A stretch of DNA of 60,039 nt, taken from contig DATAOD010000069.1 in assembly GCA_036265975.1 (NCBI GenBank), forward strand, positions 1-60,039. Direction: 5' to 3'. Below are positions 17,555 to 26,639 of this stretch, one piece after another. Positions within the stretch are counted from its first letter, which is position 1; each line of letters starts with the position of its first letter. Source of the DNA: Candidatus Limnocylindria bacterium. Its GTDB lineage: Bacteria; Chloroflexota; Limnocylindria; QHBO01. The notes under the pieces are model-generated. The model searched no databases and was not told where the DNA came from. It worked only from the letters and a program-made list of their open reading frames with translations. The position numbers and the translations under genes are program-made.

Positions 17555-18526
17555 TCAGTGGTCCCCGCCGGCGAGCTGCTCGACCGCGTGGCGGAGCACC
17601 GGCAGCAGCGCATCCAGTGACTCGAGCGCGCCCTTCGGCGACCCCGGCAGGTTCACGATCAGCGTGCTGCCGCGCGTGCCGACCACGCCGCGCGACAGGG
17701 CGGCCATGGGGGTCGAGGCCAGTCCCGCGCTTCGCATCAGCTCCGCCATGCCAGGGACCTCGCGGTCGATCACGCGGCGGGTGGCAGCGGGTGTCACGTC
17801 ACCGGGTGTCAGCCCGGTCCCCCCGCTGGTCAGGATCAGCCGATGGCCCTTGTCGGCCAGCTGCGCCAGCGTCGCTGCGATGAGTGATTCGTCGTCGGCA
17901 ACGATGACCGGATCCCCGGCGGCGTCCCAGCCGGCCTCTCCCAGCGCGGCGACAAGCTGAGGACCCGACGAGTCTTCCCGCTCACCGGACGCCGATCGGC
18001 TCGAGCAGACGACCACCACCGCCTCGTGCTCGGCCGTGGCCGTGCCGACCGCCTCGCCCCGGGTGAACGTGCCGCTGGCCCCGCCGCTCTTCTCCAGCAG
18101 CTCCACGCGCTCAATGGTGATGTCGCGCTGCAGCGCCTTCGCCATGTCATACAGGGTCAGTGCCGCGAGGCTTGCGGCGGTGAGCGCCTCCATCTCCACG
18201 CCGGTGCGCGCGGTGGCGGCAACCTCCGTGCGAATCGTCACCGTCCCGTCGGCGCGGGTGGGTTCCAGGTCCACGGCCACGCGATCCAGCGGCAGCGGAT
18301 GGCACAGCGGGATCAGGTCAGCAGTGCGCTTGGCGGCGCCGATGCCCGCCAGCCGGGCCACCTCGAACGCATCGCCCTTCGGACCGCCCGCGTCCAGCAG
18401 CGTGGCGAGCACCTCGGGGCGCATGCGCACGACGGCCTGGGCCACCGCGCGGCGCGCGGTCACCGGCTTGCCACCGACGTCCACCATGCGCGCCTCGCCC
18501 TGCGCCCCCAGGTGACTGGGCTTCAT
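17555..18526 (-). CDS. moaC: Bifunctional MoaC (cyclic pyranopterin monophosphate synthase) / MoaB-MogA domain protein
   Basis: MoaC motifs (RTADLIPLCHPLPL, GVEMEALTAASLAALTLYDM), then a MoaB/MogA domain (LILTSGGTGLTPGDVTPEAT-like, TLIVNLPGSPKG). The ATG at 18526 overlaps the moeA stop (ATGA). Confidence 0.88.
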   Translation of the reverse strand: MKPSHLGAQGEARMVDVGGKPVTARRAVAQAVVRMRPEVLATLLDAGGPKGDAFEVARLAGIGAAKRTADLIPLCHPLPLDRVAVDLEPTRADGTVTIRTEVAATARTGVEMEALTAASLAALTLYDMAKALQRDITIERVELLEKSGGASGTFTRGEAVGTATAEHEAVVVVCSSRSASGEREDSSGPQLVAALGEAGWDAAGDPVIVADDESLIAATLAQLADKGHRLILTSGGTGLTPGDVTPAATRRVIDREVPGMAELMRSAGLASTPMAALSRGVVGTRGSTLIVNLPGSPKGALESLDALLPVLRHAVEQLAGGDH

Positions 18527-19731
18527 CCGATCGCCCCCAGCAGCAGCGCGTCGTAGGTGCGGCCCGCCTCTGCTGCCGGCTCGCCCTCGGGCACGATGAG
18601 CAGGGCGTTGGAATCGGCCAGCGGGCGGAGCTGTGACGAGGCCTGGCCACCGGCGGAGCGGGCCTCCAGCCCATGGTTCCCCTGCGAGACACGAACGCGC
18701 AGGTAGGCGCGCCGCTCGCGGTCCTTGGACATCTGCTCGCACGCCACGGCGGGCAGTGTCGCGCGGCCGCTCCCCGACAGGCCGAGCATGCGGCGGATCA
18801 GCGGCCGGCCGAACAGCTCGAACGTCACCAGCGCGCTGACCGGGTTGCCGGGCAGGCCGATGACGGGCACCTGCCCGATGCGGCCGAAGGTCAGCGGCTT
18901 GCCCGGCTGCATACGGATGCGCCAGAAGTCCAGGCTGCCCAAACGCTCAATCACCTCGCGCACGTGGTCGTGCCGCCCGACGGACACCCCGCCACTGGCG
19001 ACGAGCAGCTCGGCCTGGTCGAGCGCGGCGGCGATCAGCGCCTCGATCCGCGCGGGGTCGTCGGGCGCGCGCGGCAGGACCAGCGGCTCACCGCCAGCCT
19101 CTTCCACTGCGGCCGCCAGCGCCACCGTGTTCGCGTCGTGGATCTGCCCCGGCCCAAGCTCCTCGCCGGGGCTGCGCAGCTCGTCGCCGGTCGACAGGAT
19201 CGCAACGCGCGGCCGCAGCCGAATGGGAAGCTCGCCGATACCCAGGCTGGCGAGCACAGCGATCGCCGCCGGGCCAAGCGGCTCGGCGGGCAGCTCGAAG
19301 CTGTCTCCGGCCCGCGTGTCGTGGCCGGCGCGACGGACGAAGGCCCCGGGCGCGACAGCCGGCATCCGTACCTCGTCCCCCACTTCCTGCACGACCTCCA
19401 GTGGGGCAACGGCATCCGCGCCGGGCGGCAGCGGGGCGCCGGTCATGATGCGGGCCGTCGCGCCGGCCTCCACATTCGGCAGCGAAGAGGCGCCGGCGGC
19501 GATCTCCCCGATCAGTCGCAGGACACCAGGAGCATCAGCGGCACGCAGGGCGAAGCCATCCATGGACGAGTTGTCGAATGGCGGGACGTCGACGGCGGCC
19601 AGCACTCGCGGTTCGGCCGCGACCCGGCGGACGCATCGGTCCAGGGGCAACGTCTCCACGCCGGTGAGGCGGGCGCCGGCCAGGATGGCGTCCAGCGCCT
19701 CCTCGACGGAGCGCATCGGCTCAGACGCCAA
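18523..19731 (-). CDS. moeA: Molybdopterin molybdenumtransferase MoeA
   Basis: 402 aa with MoeA features (FDNSSMDGFA, ILSTGDEL, LLVASGGVSVGRHD, MQPGKP). Confidence 0.9.
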   Translation of the reverse strand: MASEPMRSVEEALDAILAGARLTGVETLPLDRCVRRVAAEPRVLAAVDVPPFDNSSMDGFALRAADAPGVLRLIGEIAAGASSLPNVEAGATARIMTGAPLPPGADAVAPLEVVQEVGDEVRMPAVAPGAFVRRAGHDTRAGDSFELPAEPLGPAAIAVLASLGIGELPIRLRPRVAILSTGDELRSPGEELGPGQIHDANTVALAAAVEEAGGEPLVLPRAPDDPARIEALIAAALDQAELLVASGGVSVGRHDHVREVIERLGSLDFWRIRMQPGKPLTFGRIGQVPVIGLPGNPVSALVTFELFGRPLIRRMLGLSGSGRATLPAVACEQMSKDRERRAYLRVRVSQGNHGLEARSAGGQASSQLRPLADSNALLIVPEGEPAAEAGRTYDALLLGAIG

Positions 19732-20839
19732 GCTTCAGGCGCGTGTCAATCAGGCGCACGATGCCCGCGCGGGTCAGCAGCCCCACGACGGTCCTGCCGT
19801 CCGTCTCGACCACCGGAAGCTGGTTCACCTCGCGTTCCTGCAGCACCTCCAGCGCCTTGTCGACCTTATCGTCGGGCCCGATGCGGGCCAGCGCGTCATA
19901 GCGGGTCATGATGTCCGTCACGCGCGCCGCCGCCCAGTCGTCGCGCGCCACGCGCCGCACGTCTGACAGGGTGACGATGCCGGCCAGTCCCCCGTCGTCG
20001 TGCCGCACCAGGAAGGAACGGCTCTCGCCGCGCGCCAGCCGCTCGTTGACGAGGTTGGCCACGGTCTCGTTGGGCGAGATGGACGCCGGCTGCGGCTCCA
20101 TGATGTCGCGCACCAGGACGCCGGCCATGGAGCGCTGCAGGTTGACCTGGGTCAGCGTCGCGCCCGCCGCGCTGGTCAGGAACCAGCCCACCAGCGCCAG
20201 CCACAGGTTGCTCAGATCCCACAGGGCCAGCAGCATGCCGATCAGGATCAGCAGGTAGCCGAACCAGCGGCCGATGGTGGCCGCGCCCAGCGTCGCCGTC
20301 GATCGGTCGCCGCGCCAGCGCCAGATCAGCGCGCGCAGGATGCGGCCGCCGTCCATGGGGAAGGCGGGAATCACGTTGAACAGGCCCAGCGCCAGGTTGA
20401 TGGTGCCCAGCCAGCCGACCACCGTCCCGAACGGGCCGCGCTCCAGGAGCATCCAGAGGCCGACCAGGATGGCGCCGACCACCAGGCTGCAGGCCGGTCC
20501 GGCCACCGAGACGAGCGCCTCCTCGCGCGGCGTCTCCGCCTCGCGCTCCATCGTCGCCGCTCCGCCGAAGATGAACAGGGTAATGTCGCTCACGCCGATG
20601 CCGAAGCGCCGCGCCACCAGCGCATGCGACAGCTCGTGGGCCAGCACCGAAGCGAAAAAGAGCATCGCCACCCCGGCGCCGACCGCCGCGTAGACCGCGG
20701 GGTGCCAGCCCGGGAAGCTGTTGGGCAGCTCTCCCGCCGCCATAGTCAGCGCGATGAGCAGCGCGACAATGATCCAGGTGGGATGCAGCGTGATGCGGAT
20801 GCCCGCGATGCTGCCGATCGGGAACGAGCCCCTGCCCAT
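19721..20839 (-). CDS. Site-2 protease family (M50) metalloprotease with C-terminal CBS pair
   Basis: HELSHALVA (HExxH) within TM helices and an FPMDGG motif. C-terminal tandem CBS-like segments. Start trimmed to the ATG at 20839. Overlaps the moeA start by 11 nt. Confidence 0.85.
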   Translation of the reverse strand: MGRGSFPIGSIAGIRITLHPTWIIVALLIALTMAAGELPNSFPGWHPAVYAAVGAGVAMLFFASVLAHELSHALVARRFGIGVSDITLFIFGGAATMEREAETPREEALVSVAGPACSLVVGAILVGLWMLLERGPFGTVVGWLGTINLALGLFNVIPAFPMDGGRILRALIWRWRGDRSTATLGAATIGRWFGYLLILIGMLLALWDLSNLWLALVGWFLTSAAGATLTQVNLQRSMAGVLVRDIMEPQPASISPNETVANLVNERLARGESRSFLVRHDDGGLAGIVTLSDVRRVARDDWAAARVTDIMTRYDALARIGPDDKVDKALEVLQEREVNQLPVVETDGRTVVGLLTRAGIVRLIDTRLKLGV

Positions 20840-20873
20840 GGACGGAGTGTAGCCGAGGTCCGCGGGCAGACCC

Positions 20874-21542
20874 TCAGTCCGCCTCGGCCGGCGCCCGTGC
20901 AAGCGTGCGCCACGCCCAGGCGCCGACCAGCGCTGCGCTGAGCACGATCGTGGCGCCGGCCAGCAGCGCCAGCTCGAACCAGAGGGGCTCCGGGAAGAAG
21001 CGCAGCAGGTTGGAATCGGGCCCAAAGGTCCAGCTGCCAGCGGCGAAGAAGATCGAGTGGAAGGCCGCGAAGGCGGCCTCGAAGGCGAGCGCGAAGAAGC
21101 CGCCCAGCACGACCGCCGCCACCCCGATGCCGGCAGCCGCTGCCAGCATGGCCCGTGCGCGCCGCGCCCGCTCGTTGCGCAGCCGCCAGCCGAGCACCAG
21201 GGCCAGCGCCAGGGCGATGGCGTCCGCCAGGATCAGGCCACGCACAACGCCGCCGACATCGCGCATGTGGCTGCGCTCCTTCGCGTCCAACACCGGCTCG
21301 CCGGAAGGAGCGATGCTGACGGTGAAATCGCCGTTGCGCACCAGGTCCGCCAGCATGCTGGAGGTGGCGCGATCCACCGTGGCCTGGTCGGTGCGCAGCA
21401 GCCCCGGGACGTCGTGGCGGGACTGCTCGAACGAGACCACCGGTGGGAAGAAGAGCAGCAGCGGGCCGGTCAGCAGGAGCAGGGCCGCCATGGCCAGCCC
21501 GAACACCAGCACGACCAGGGAGCTGGCGCGGGATCGGGGCAT
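20874..21542 (-). CDS. TIGR01906/DUF1461 family integral membrane protein (Lit-like)
   Basis: N-terminal TM, extracytoplasmic segment, then FAAFHSIFFAAGSWTFGPDSNLLRFFPEPLW, which matches the family signature as I recall it. Start trimmed to MPRSRASS. Confidence 0.62.
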   Translation of the reverse strand: MPRSRASSLVVLVFGLAMAALLLLTGPLLLFFPPVVSFEQSRHDVPGLLRTDQATVDRATSSMLADLVRNGDFTVSIAPSGEPVLDAKERSHMRDVGGVVRGLILADAIALALALVLGWRLRNERARRARAMLAAAAGIGVAAVVLGGFFALAFEAAFAAFHSIFFAAGSWTFGPDSNLLRFFPEPLWFELALLAGATIVLSAALVGAWAWRTLARAPAEAD

Positions 21543-21571
21543 CGCGGGCTCTGGCCGCCGCGTGCGGAAGG

Positions 21572-21952
21572 TCAGACCAGCCTGCTGGACATGCGAGCGC
21601 CGCCGACGACCATGGAGAGCACCCAGCCGACGATCGAGATGACGATCGAGCCCAGCAGTGCGGCCCAGAAGTCCTCCACAGTGAACCCAAGGTGCAGCTC
21701 CTTGCTGATGGCGCTCAGCAGCAGGAGCAGCAGCGCGTTGATGACCAGCAGGAAGATGCCCAGCGTCACGATGGTGATGGGGAAGGTCAGGATGCGCAGG
21801 ATGGGCTTGATGTAGCTGTTGATCAGGCTGAAGGCGACGGCCACGAGCAGGAACTTCCACCACTCATTTCCCGACCAATCGAGGCCGGGCACGATCTGCA
21901 CCGCCACCCACAGGGCGGCGGCGTTGACCAGGATCTGCAGCACCTTGTCCAT
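21572..21952 (-). CDS. Phage-holin-family-IV-like (YvlD-type) 4-TM membrane protein
   Basis: 126 aa, four TM helices. MDKVLQILVNAAALWVA...SLINSYIKPILRILTFPITIVTLGIF resembles the PF04020 family. Confidence 0.62.
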   Translation of the reverse strand: MDKVLQILVNAAALWVAVQIVPGLDWSGNEWWKFLLVAVAFSLINSYIKPILRILTFPITIVTLGIFLLVINALLLLLLSAISKELHLGFTVEDFWAALLGSIVISIVGWVLSMVVGGARMSSRLV

Positions 21953-21982
21953 CGTCGCGTAGGGTAATCGAAGGGCGGCTGC

Positions 21983-23335
21983 TCAGGCAGGCAGCAGGCG
22001 GCCCCGCACCCACGCCCCGCGGACCATGTCCGGGTGGGGCCGATAGATGAGCCGGCTCAGGATCTCCTCCGGCAAACCGTGGTCCACGGTCACGCCCTCC
22101 AGCGGCTGCGTCGCGGCAGGATCCAGCACGATCAGGTCCGCCTCCTTGCCCTGCTCCACGGAGCCGATGTGATCCTGCTGCCCCAGCGCAATCGCGCCTC
22201 CCAGGGTGCCCATCCGCAGCCACTCGACCGGCGCCATGGCGGGGTGAGGCGCCATGCCCAGCGCGTGCAGCCCGTTCTGGGTATATGCGCCGGCTCTCAT
22301 CACGCCGAACAGCGACACGTCAGGTCCGGCAGCCACGTCCGATCCCAGACCGATGACGAGGCCGGCATCCCGGTAGCGTGCCAGCGGCATCGCGCCGCTC
22401 GCCAGGAACAGGTTCGAGCCCGGGCAGTGCGCAATCGCCACGCCGCTCTCGGCCAGGCGCCCGATCTCGCGGTCCGAGAGGTGGATGGCGTGCGCCAGCA
22501 CGGTCCCCGGCCGCAGCCCGCCGGCCCGGTCGTACACATCGGTGTAGTCACGGGCCTCAGGAAACAGGCGCGCCACCTCCTGCAGCTCGTTGCGGTCCTC
22601 GGAGAGGTGCGTCTGCCAGTACGCTCCAGCTTCCTGCGCCGCCTCCGCCGATGCAGCAAGCATCTCCGCCGAGCAGCTGACCGCGAAGCGTGGCGTGTAG
22701 GCATAGGCCAGCCGCCCGTCGTCCCGACCGTGCCACTCCTGGCAGAGTTCGCGCGACTGGGCCAGCGACAGGTCCAGGATCTCGCGCGGCTCATGGCTGG
22801 TGTCGTACGAGAGGCGATCCATCATCACCTTGCCGAGCACGAGCCGGATGCCATGCTCCTCGGCCGCGCGGAAGCAGGTGTCAAGGCTGCCCGGCCAGAT
22901 GGCGCCGTACGCCACCACGGTGGTGCTGCCAGCGCGGGCGAAGGCACGGAACGCGGCAGGCGCGATGCGCGAGGCGACTTCCTCGTCGAAGTCCCGCTCC
23001 AGCGGAAAGATGTAGCGCTCCAGCCAGTCCAGCAGGTGCAGCCCCGCTCCCAGGCCCGCATTCGGCAGCTGCGGCAGATGCGCGTGGAGGTCCACCAGTC
23101 CCGGCAGCACGACCCACGGCCGCAGATCTGTGGTCGCGGCATCCGTGGGCGCGTCGTGGGCCAGCGGTTCGACTCGCACCAAGCGACCAGCCTCGTCCAC
23201 GCTGATCAGCGCATCCCGCTCGTGACGGAACCCACCGTCAGCGAGCGGCGTGAGCAGCCCGGCCCGCAGGCTGAACGGCGGCGCGGACGGCAGCGTGCCC
23301 GCCGGGGCCGCTGGCGGGTGGTCGGCGTGCGTCAC
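21983..23335 (-). CDS. Amidohydrolase superfamily, guanine deaminase-like
   Basis: HxH metal motif (LVDLHAHLPQ), PRFAVSCS, HLSEDRNE and GSDVAAG motifs as in guanine/nucleobase deaminases. Confidence 0.8.
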   Translation of the reverse strand: MTHADHPPAAPAGTLPSAPPFSLRAGLLTPLADGGFRHERDALISVDEAGRLVRVEPLAHDAPTDAATTDLRPWVVLPGLVDLHAHLPQLPNAGLGAGLHLLDWLERYIFPLERDFDEEVASRIAPAAFRAFARAGSTTVVAYGAIWPGSLDTCFRAAEEHGIRLVLGKVMMDRLSYDTSHEPREILDLSLAQSRELCQEWHGRDDGRLAYAYTPRFAVSCSAEMLAASAEAAQEAGAYWQTHLSEDRNELQEVARLFPEARDYTDVYDRAGGLRPGTVLAHAIHLSDREIGRLAESGVAIAHCPGSNLFLASGAMPLARYRDAGLVIGLGSDVAAGPDVSLFGVMRAGAYTQNGLHALGMAPHPAMAPVEWLRMGTLGGAIALGQQDHIGSVEQGKEADLIVLDPAATQPLEGVTVDHGLPEEILSRLIYRPHPDMVRGAWVRGRLLPA

Positions 23336-23383
23336 GCCGCGGATGTTAGGCGGGCTGCTGCGCCACCATCGCCGCGATCGGCG

Positions 23384-23926
23384 CTACTGGCCCGCGCGGA
23401 CCACCTCGAGGGCGCGACGAGCCTGGTCGAGATGGAACCGATCGTGCCCGGCGATCAGCACGAAGGTCAGCCCGTAGCTCTCCGGGCCACGCTCCTGGTG
23501 CATGCCCACGCGCTCGCGGTGGGCAGCTGGCGTGCGCTGCCACAGGGCCAGGTTGGCGTTCCTCAGCGCCTCGAACACGCCCAGCAGCTCCGCAATAGGC
23601 TCGACCGGCTGATGCAGGCGATCGACCCATAGGTCCTGGTCGTAGCCGATCAGCGGCGGGTCGTCGTGGGCCAGGATCCAGCGGTATCGGCCGGATGCGA
23701 CCAGCTCCGCGTCCACGACGTGCGCCACGCATTCGAGCACCGACCACTCGGACGCTTCGGGGCGGCGATCGGCGAGGTCGCCCGCTTCGGCCAGCAGCGC
23801 GCGGATCGCCGACGGCATAGCGGCCTGCACCTCGGCCGGATCATCGGCTCCCACCAGGCTGACCAGCAGGTCCTGGTAGCCCTTCGCGTCGCTGACCGGA
23901 TCGGGGCTCGGCGCGGCGGTGCTCAT
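23384..23926 (-). CDS. DinB-family (four-helix bundle) protein
   Basis: WSVLECVAHVVDAELV and C-terminal HDRFHLDQ His-triad-like pattern. The ATG at 23926 overlaps the stop of the upstream GNAT gene (ATGA). Confidence 0.72.
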   Translation of the reverse strand: MSTAAPSPDPVSDAKGYQDLLVSLVGADDPAEVQAAMPSAIRALLAEAGDLADRRPEASEWSVLECVAHVVDAELVASGRYRWILAHDDPPLIGYDQDLWVDRLHQPVEPIAELLGVFEALRNANLALWQRTPAAHRERVGMHQERGPESYGLTFVLIAGHDRFHLDQARRALEVVRAGQ

Positions 23927-24531
23927 GCGGAGACCCTGGCGGCGCGCCACTCGTCGGCGAGGATCGCGTAGTGGAGCTCATCGGTCCATGCACCCTTCTC
24001 GTAGGCGGCCTGGATGAACAGCGCTTCCCTTCGCATGCCGATGCGCTCCATGACCCGGTAGGACGCCGCATTGCGCGCATCGCAGTCCGCGGTGATGCGG
24101 TGCAGCCCGGCCTCCTCGAAGCCGATGCGCAGCAGCTCGGCGGCGGCTTCGGTGCCATACCCGCGTCCCTGGTGGGCCGGGTGGAACACGTAGCCGATGT
24201 CGCCCTGCAACCGGTTCTGCGGCGTGGTCCAGATGCCCACGTCGCCGATGACCTCCTCGCTCTCCGGCAGCACCACGGCAAAGCGCAGGTTCTGCGCCTC
24301 ATCGTCGATGGAGGTCATGGTCGCGATGAAGCGCAGCCGTTCGATTGCCTCCCCGCGGCTCAGCGGTGGATACGGCAGGTAACGCGCGACCTGGGGGTCG
24401 CTGTGCATGGCCATGAACGCCTCCAGGTCGTCTTCGCTGAAGAACCGGAATGTCAGCCGCTTGGTCCGATACGGCCCAGCCGGGCGCGGCATCGGTTTCG
24501 GCGTGGGAGGCATCTGGTCAGACGGTGCCAT
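23923..24531 (-). CDS. GNAT family N-acetyltransferase (RimJ/RimL-like)
   Basis: IGDVGIW...GYVFHPAHQGRGYGTEAAAELLRIGFE is the acetyl-CoA binding motif A. Start is ambiguous: ATGs at 24531, 24513 and 24492. Confidence 0.78.
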   Translation of the reverse strand: MAPSDQMPPTPKPMPRPAGPYRTKRLTFRFFSEDDLEAFMAMHSDPQVARYLPYPPLSRGEAIERLRFIATMTSIDDEAQNLRFAVVLPESEEVIGDVGIWTTPQNRLQGDIGYVFHPAHQGRGYGTEAAAELLRIGFEEAGLHRITADCDARNAASYRVMERIGMRREALFIQAAYEKGAWTDELHYAILADEWRAARVSA

Positions 24532-25558
24532 CGTCCCACGCGCCCCAGGGCCCATCGTCCAGGAAAAGCCGCAGCCCGTAGGGGATCGACTCGGTCTCGC
24601 CGGCGGCCACGCCCGGCGGCATGTGGCTCACCCAGCTGCGATATGCCATGGCGCGGCCGATCGTTCCGGTCCGCCGTGCGATGTCTGCCGCTTCGCGCAG
24701 CTCGGCAGCGGTGGCGTATGCCTGCCATGGCTCCAGATACGCATCGAGCAGCCTCCGGATCTCCGGCCCGCCCGGCTCGAGCTTGTGGTTGTACGCGAGC
24801 GCGCGCAGCGTCACGGCCAGCGTGTGGAACGGGTGCGAGACGCAGGAATCGCCCCAGTCGAAGACAACGTACTCGCCGTCGCCACGGACAAAGGCGTTCC
24901 CGTCGTGCAGGTCGTCATGCTGCAGCGTCTCGGGGATGCCCAGCTCGGCCAGCTGCCGGCAATCAGCGTCGAATGCCTCCAGGCGATGCCGGAGTGCGTC
25001 GAGCTGCTCCTCGGTCAGGCCCAGCGGCAGGCCCAGCATGACGGTTTCCGGCTCGTGGACGGTCGCCCGCAGGTCACTGGCCAGCGCCGCCAAGGTGCGA
25101 TCGGGGACGCCCATGGCGTCCAGCGAATCCCGCTGCGCGCTCACCGCCATCTGCATGCCGGCATATTGCGGCAGCAGATCGCCCCAGTGATCGACGCTCG
25201 GGCGACCCGTGGCCTCGCGCAGCCGGGTACCCGCATCACGGCTGAGCATCCAGCGCCGGCCCGCATCGGACGCGACCACCTCCTGCGTCAGCGACGGCCA
25301 CCGCTGGGCCAGCCACTGCGTCAGATCGATCTCGAACGCGTACAGCGGCTGAACCGCCTTCATCCATAGCACTCCCCCACTGGTCGGCACGCGCAGGACG
25401 GTGGACCACCAGCGAACGTGGGGCTGCTCGATCGGTCCCGTCAGCTGCCAGCCACACTCCGCGACCCGGTCCGCGATCCAGGCGTGCGCCTCCGCCAGCC
25501 AGGCACGATCGATCCAGGGCAGCTCGTCATTCGGCAAGGCTGCACGGTACAGGAGCAC
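24518..25558 (-). CDS. Phosphotransferase (APH/choline-kinase-like) family protein
   Basis: Brenner-type catalytic motif LQHDDLHDGNAFV and VFDWGDSCVSHPF. Confidence 0.8.
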   Translation of the reverse strand: MLLYRAALPNDELPWIDRAWLAEAHAWIADRVAECGWQLTGPIEQPHVRWWSTVLRVPTSGGVLWMKAVQPLYAFEIDLTQWLAQRWPSLTQEVVASDAGRRWMLSRDAGTRLREATGRPSVDHWGDLLPQYAGMQMAVSAQRDSLDAMGVPDRTLAALASDLRATVHEPETVMLGLPLGLTEEQLDALRHRLEAFDADCRQLAELGIPETLQHDDLHDGNAFVRGDGEYVVFDWGDSCVSHPFHTLAVTLRALAYNHKLEPGGPEIRRLLDAYLEPWQAYATAAELREAADIARRTGTIGRAMAYRSWVSHMPPGVAAGETESIPYGLRLFLDDGPWGAWDDGTV

Positions 25559-25652
25559 GCCTGGCCGGGGGAAACGATTTGGGGCGCCACGTCAGAATGG
25601 AAGGATCCGGTGACGAGGAACGTTCCATCTCTTGGCAAGGTAGTAGGGTCGC

Positions 25653-25877
25653 TTGCGCAACCTGGAACTGCCACGGCTGCCCTGGTGGGCATGGGGCGTG
25701 GCACTCGGCTCAGTCGCGGCCATCGTCAACCTGGTGGCCGACCCCGTGTCCGGTGCTGTCGATTCGGGCTACTACGTGGCGGTATTCATGGTGAACATCG
25801 GGCTCTGGCTGGTGATCTGCGGGATCATCGCCGGCCTCTGGTGGCTGATCAAGAAGTCGGCTGGCCGCGCCGGCTGA
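25653..25877 (+). CDS. Hypothetical small 2-TM membrane protein
   Basis: 74 aa with two hydrophobic helices and a basic C-terminus. No homology recognised. Ends 55 nt before the att-like repeat. Confidence 0.4.
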   Translation: MRNLELPRLPWWAWGVALGSVAAIVNLVADPVSGAVDSGYYVAVFMVNIGLWLVICGIIAGLWWLIKKSAGRAG

Positions 25878-25932
25878 TTCACAGGCTGGCGTCTGCATCG
25901 GAGATCCCGTCGGGAGCGCGGTCGTCTTGAAA

Positions 25933-25944
25933 GGTCGGGGCGAA
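25933..25944. repeat. Distal direct repeat (att-like) copying the tRNA-Pro 3' end
   Basis: GGTCGGGGCGAA is identical to 30727-30738, in the same orientation. Confidence 0.5.
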
Positions 25945-26126
25945 TCATTGTGAATGGAGAGAGCGAGTCCTCCACGAAGCCGCCGCTCAGTCCCGAGACT
26001 GTCGGCATGCTCCGCCGTGACCACGAGGTTGGGAAGCACCAACAGCCGCATCCCGACTGTCAGCTCTGCCCACCACGCCCCAAAGGCCGGCGTCCCAAGG
26101 CCATCAAGCGGGTGCCATAACGTGCG

Positions 26127-26339
26127 TCACCGCCCGTCAATGGATGCCTGTGCCTGGCACCACTGGCAGCGGTCGAATTCGGCCGGACCCGGCTCACCCT
26201 CACGCGCCGGCCAGACCTCATGGCCAACAAGCCGATCGAATTGCAGCCCGCAGGCAGTCCGGTAGCCGGCATCGCCTGGGCGGGCGGTGACGCCATGCCA
26301 TACCCGGCTGTCGCGCTCCTGGATCCAGATCCGATACAA
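26127..26339 (-). CDS. Hypothetical 70-aa Cys-containing protein
   Basis: ORF MYRIWIQERDSRVW...TACG...RCQWC with three Cys in a zinc-ribbon-like spacing. No family recognised. Lies inside the islet. Confidence 0.3.
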   Translation of the reverse strand: MYRIWIQERDSRVWHGVTARPGDAGYRTACGLQFDRLVGHEVWPAREGEPGPAEFDRCQWCQAQASIDGR

Positions 26340-26639
26340 CCCTGTTCCCCCATTGACTCGGTGCCTATCGTCAATGACGAACCGGCGCTCGACTGCATCT
26401 CCCCCCAGCAGTCGGGTGCCGGCTCATCATTTCTCCCGGCCTCTCCCAATGCAGTGGCTGTGCCAGATCGCCGCGAAATGGCGGGACCCCGAAGGCGGCT
26501 AAACCGGGTAAGGGTTCGCGAAGCCAGCCATCGGGGTCCCTGGGCCTTTGGAGGAGGCAACGCGAATATCGCACTGTTCCCCGATGCGGCCTTCCGGGAA
26601 TCTACGGAGCCGACTACGGAATCTTCGCTCCGGATGCGG

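Noticed and set aside
21572-21952. Holin-family gene as evidence of a prophage
   Set aside because: No endolysin, capsid, tail, terminase or integrase genes are nearby. YvlD-type 4-TM proteins are common chromosomal membrane proteins.
22034-23632. 532-aa plus-strand ORF over the amidohydrolase and DinB genes
   Set aside because: Antisense shadow ORF. It spans two well-supported minus-strand genes and their intergenic gap.
23923-25558. GNAT plus APH-family genes as an antibiotic-resistance cassette
   Set aside because: Both families are large and mostly not resistance-related. GC looks like the core genome, the genes are translationally linked to DinB and deaminase neighbours, and no mobility signatures are present.
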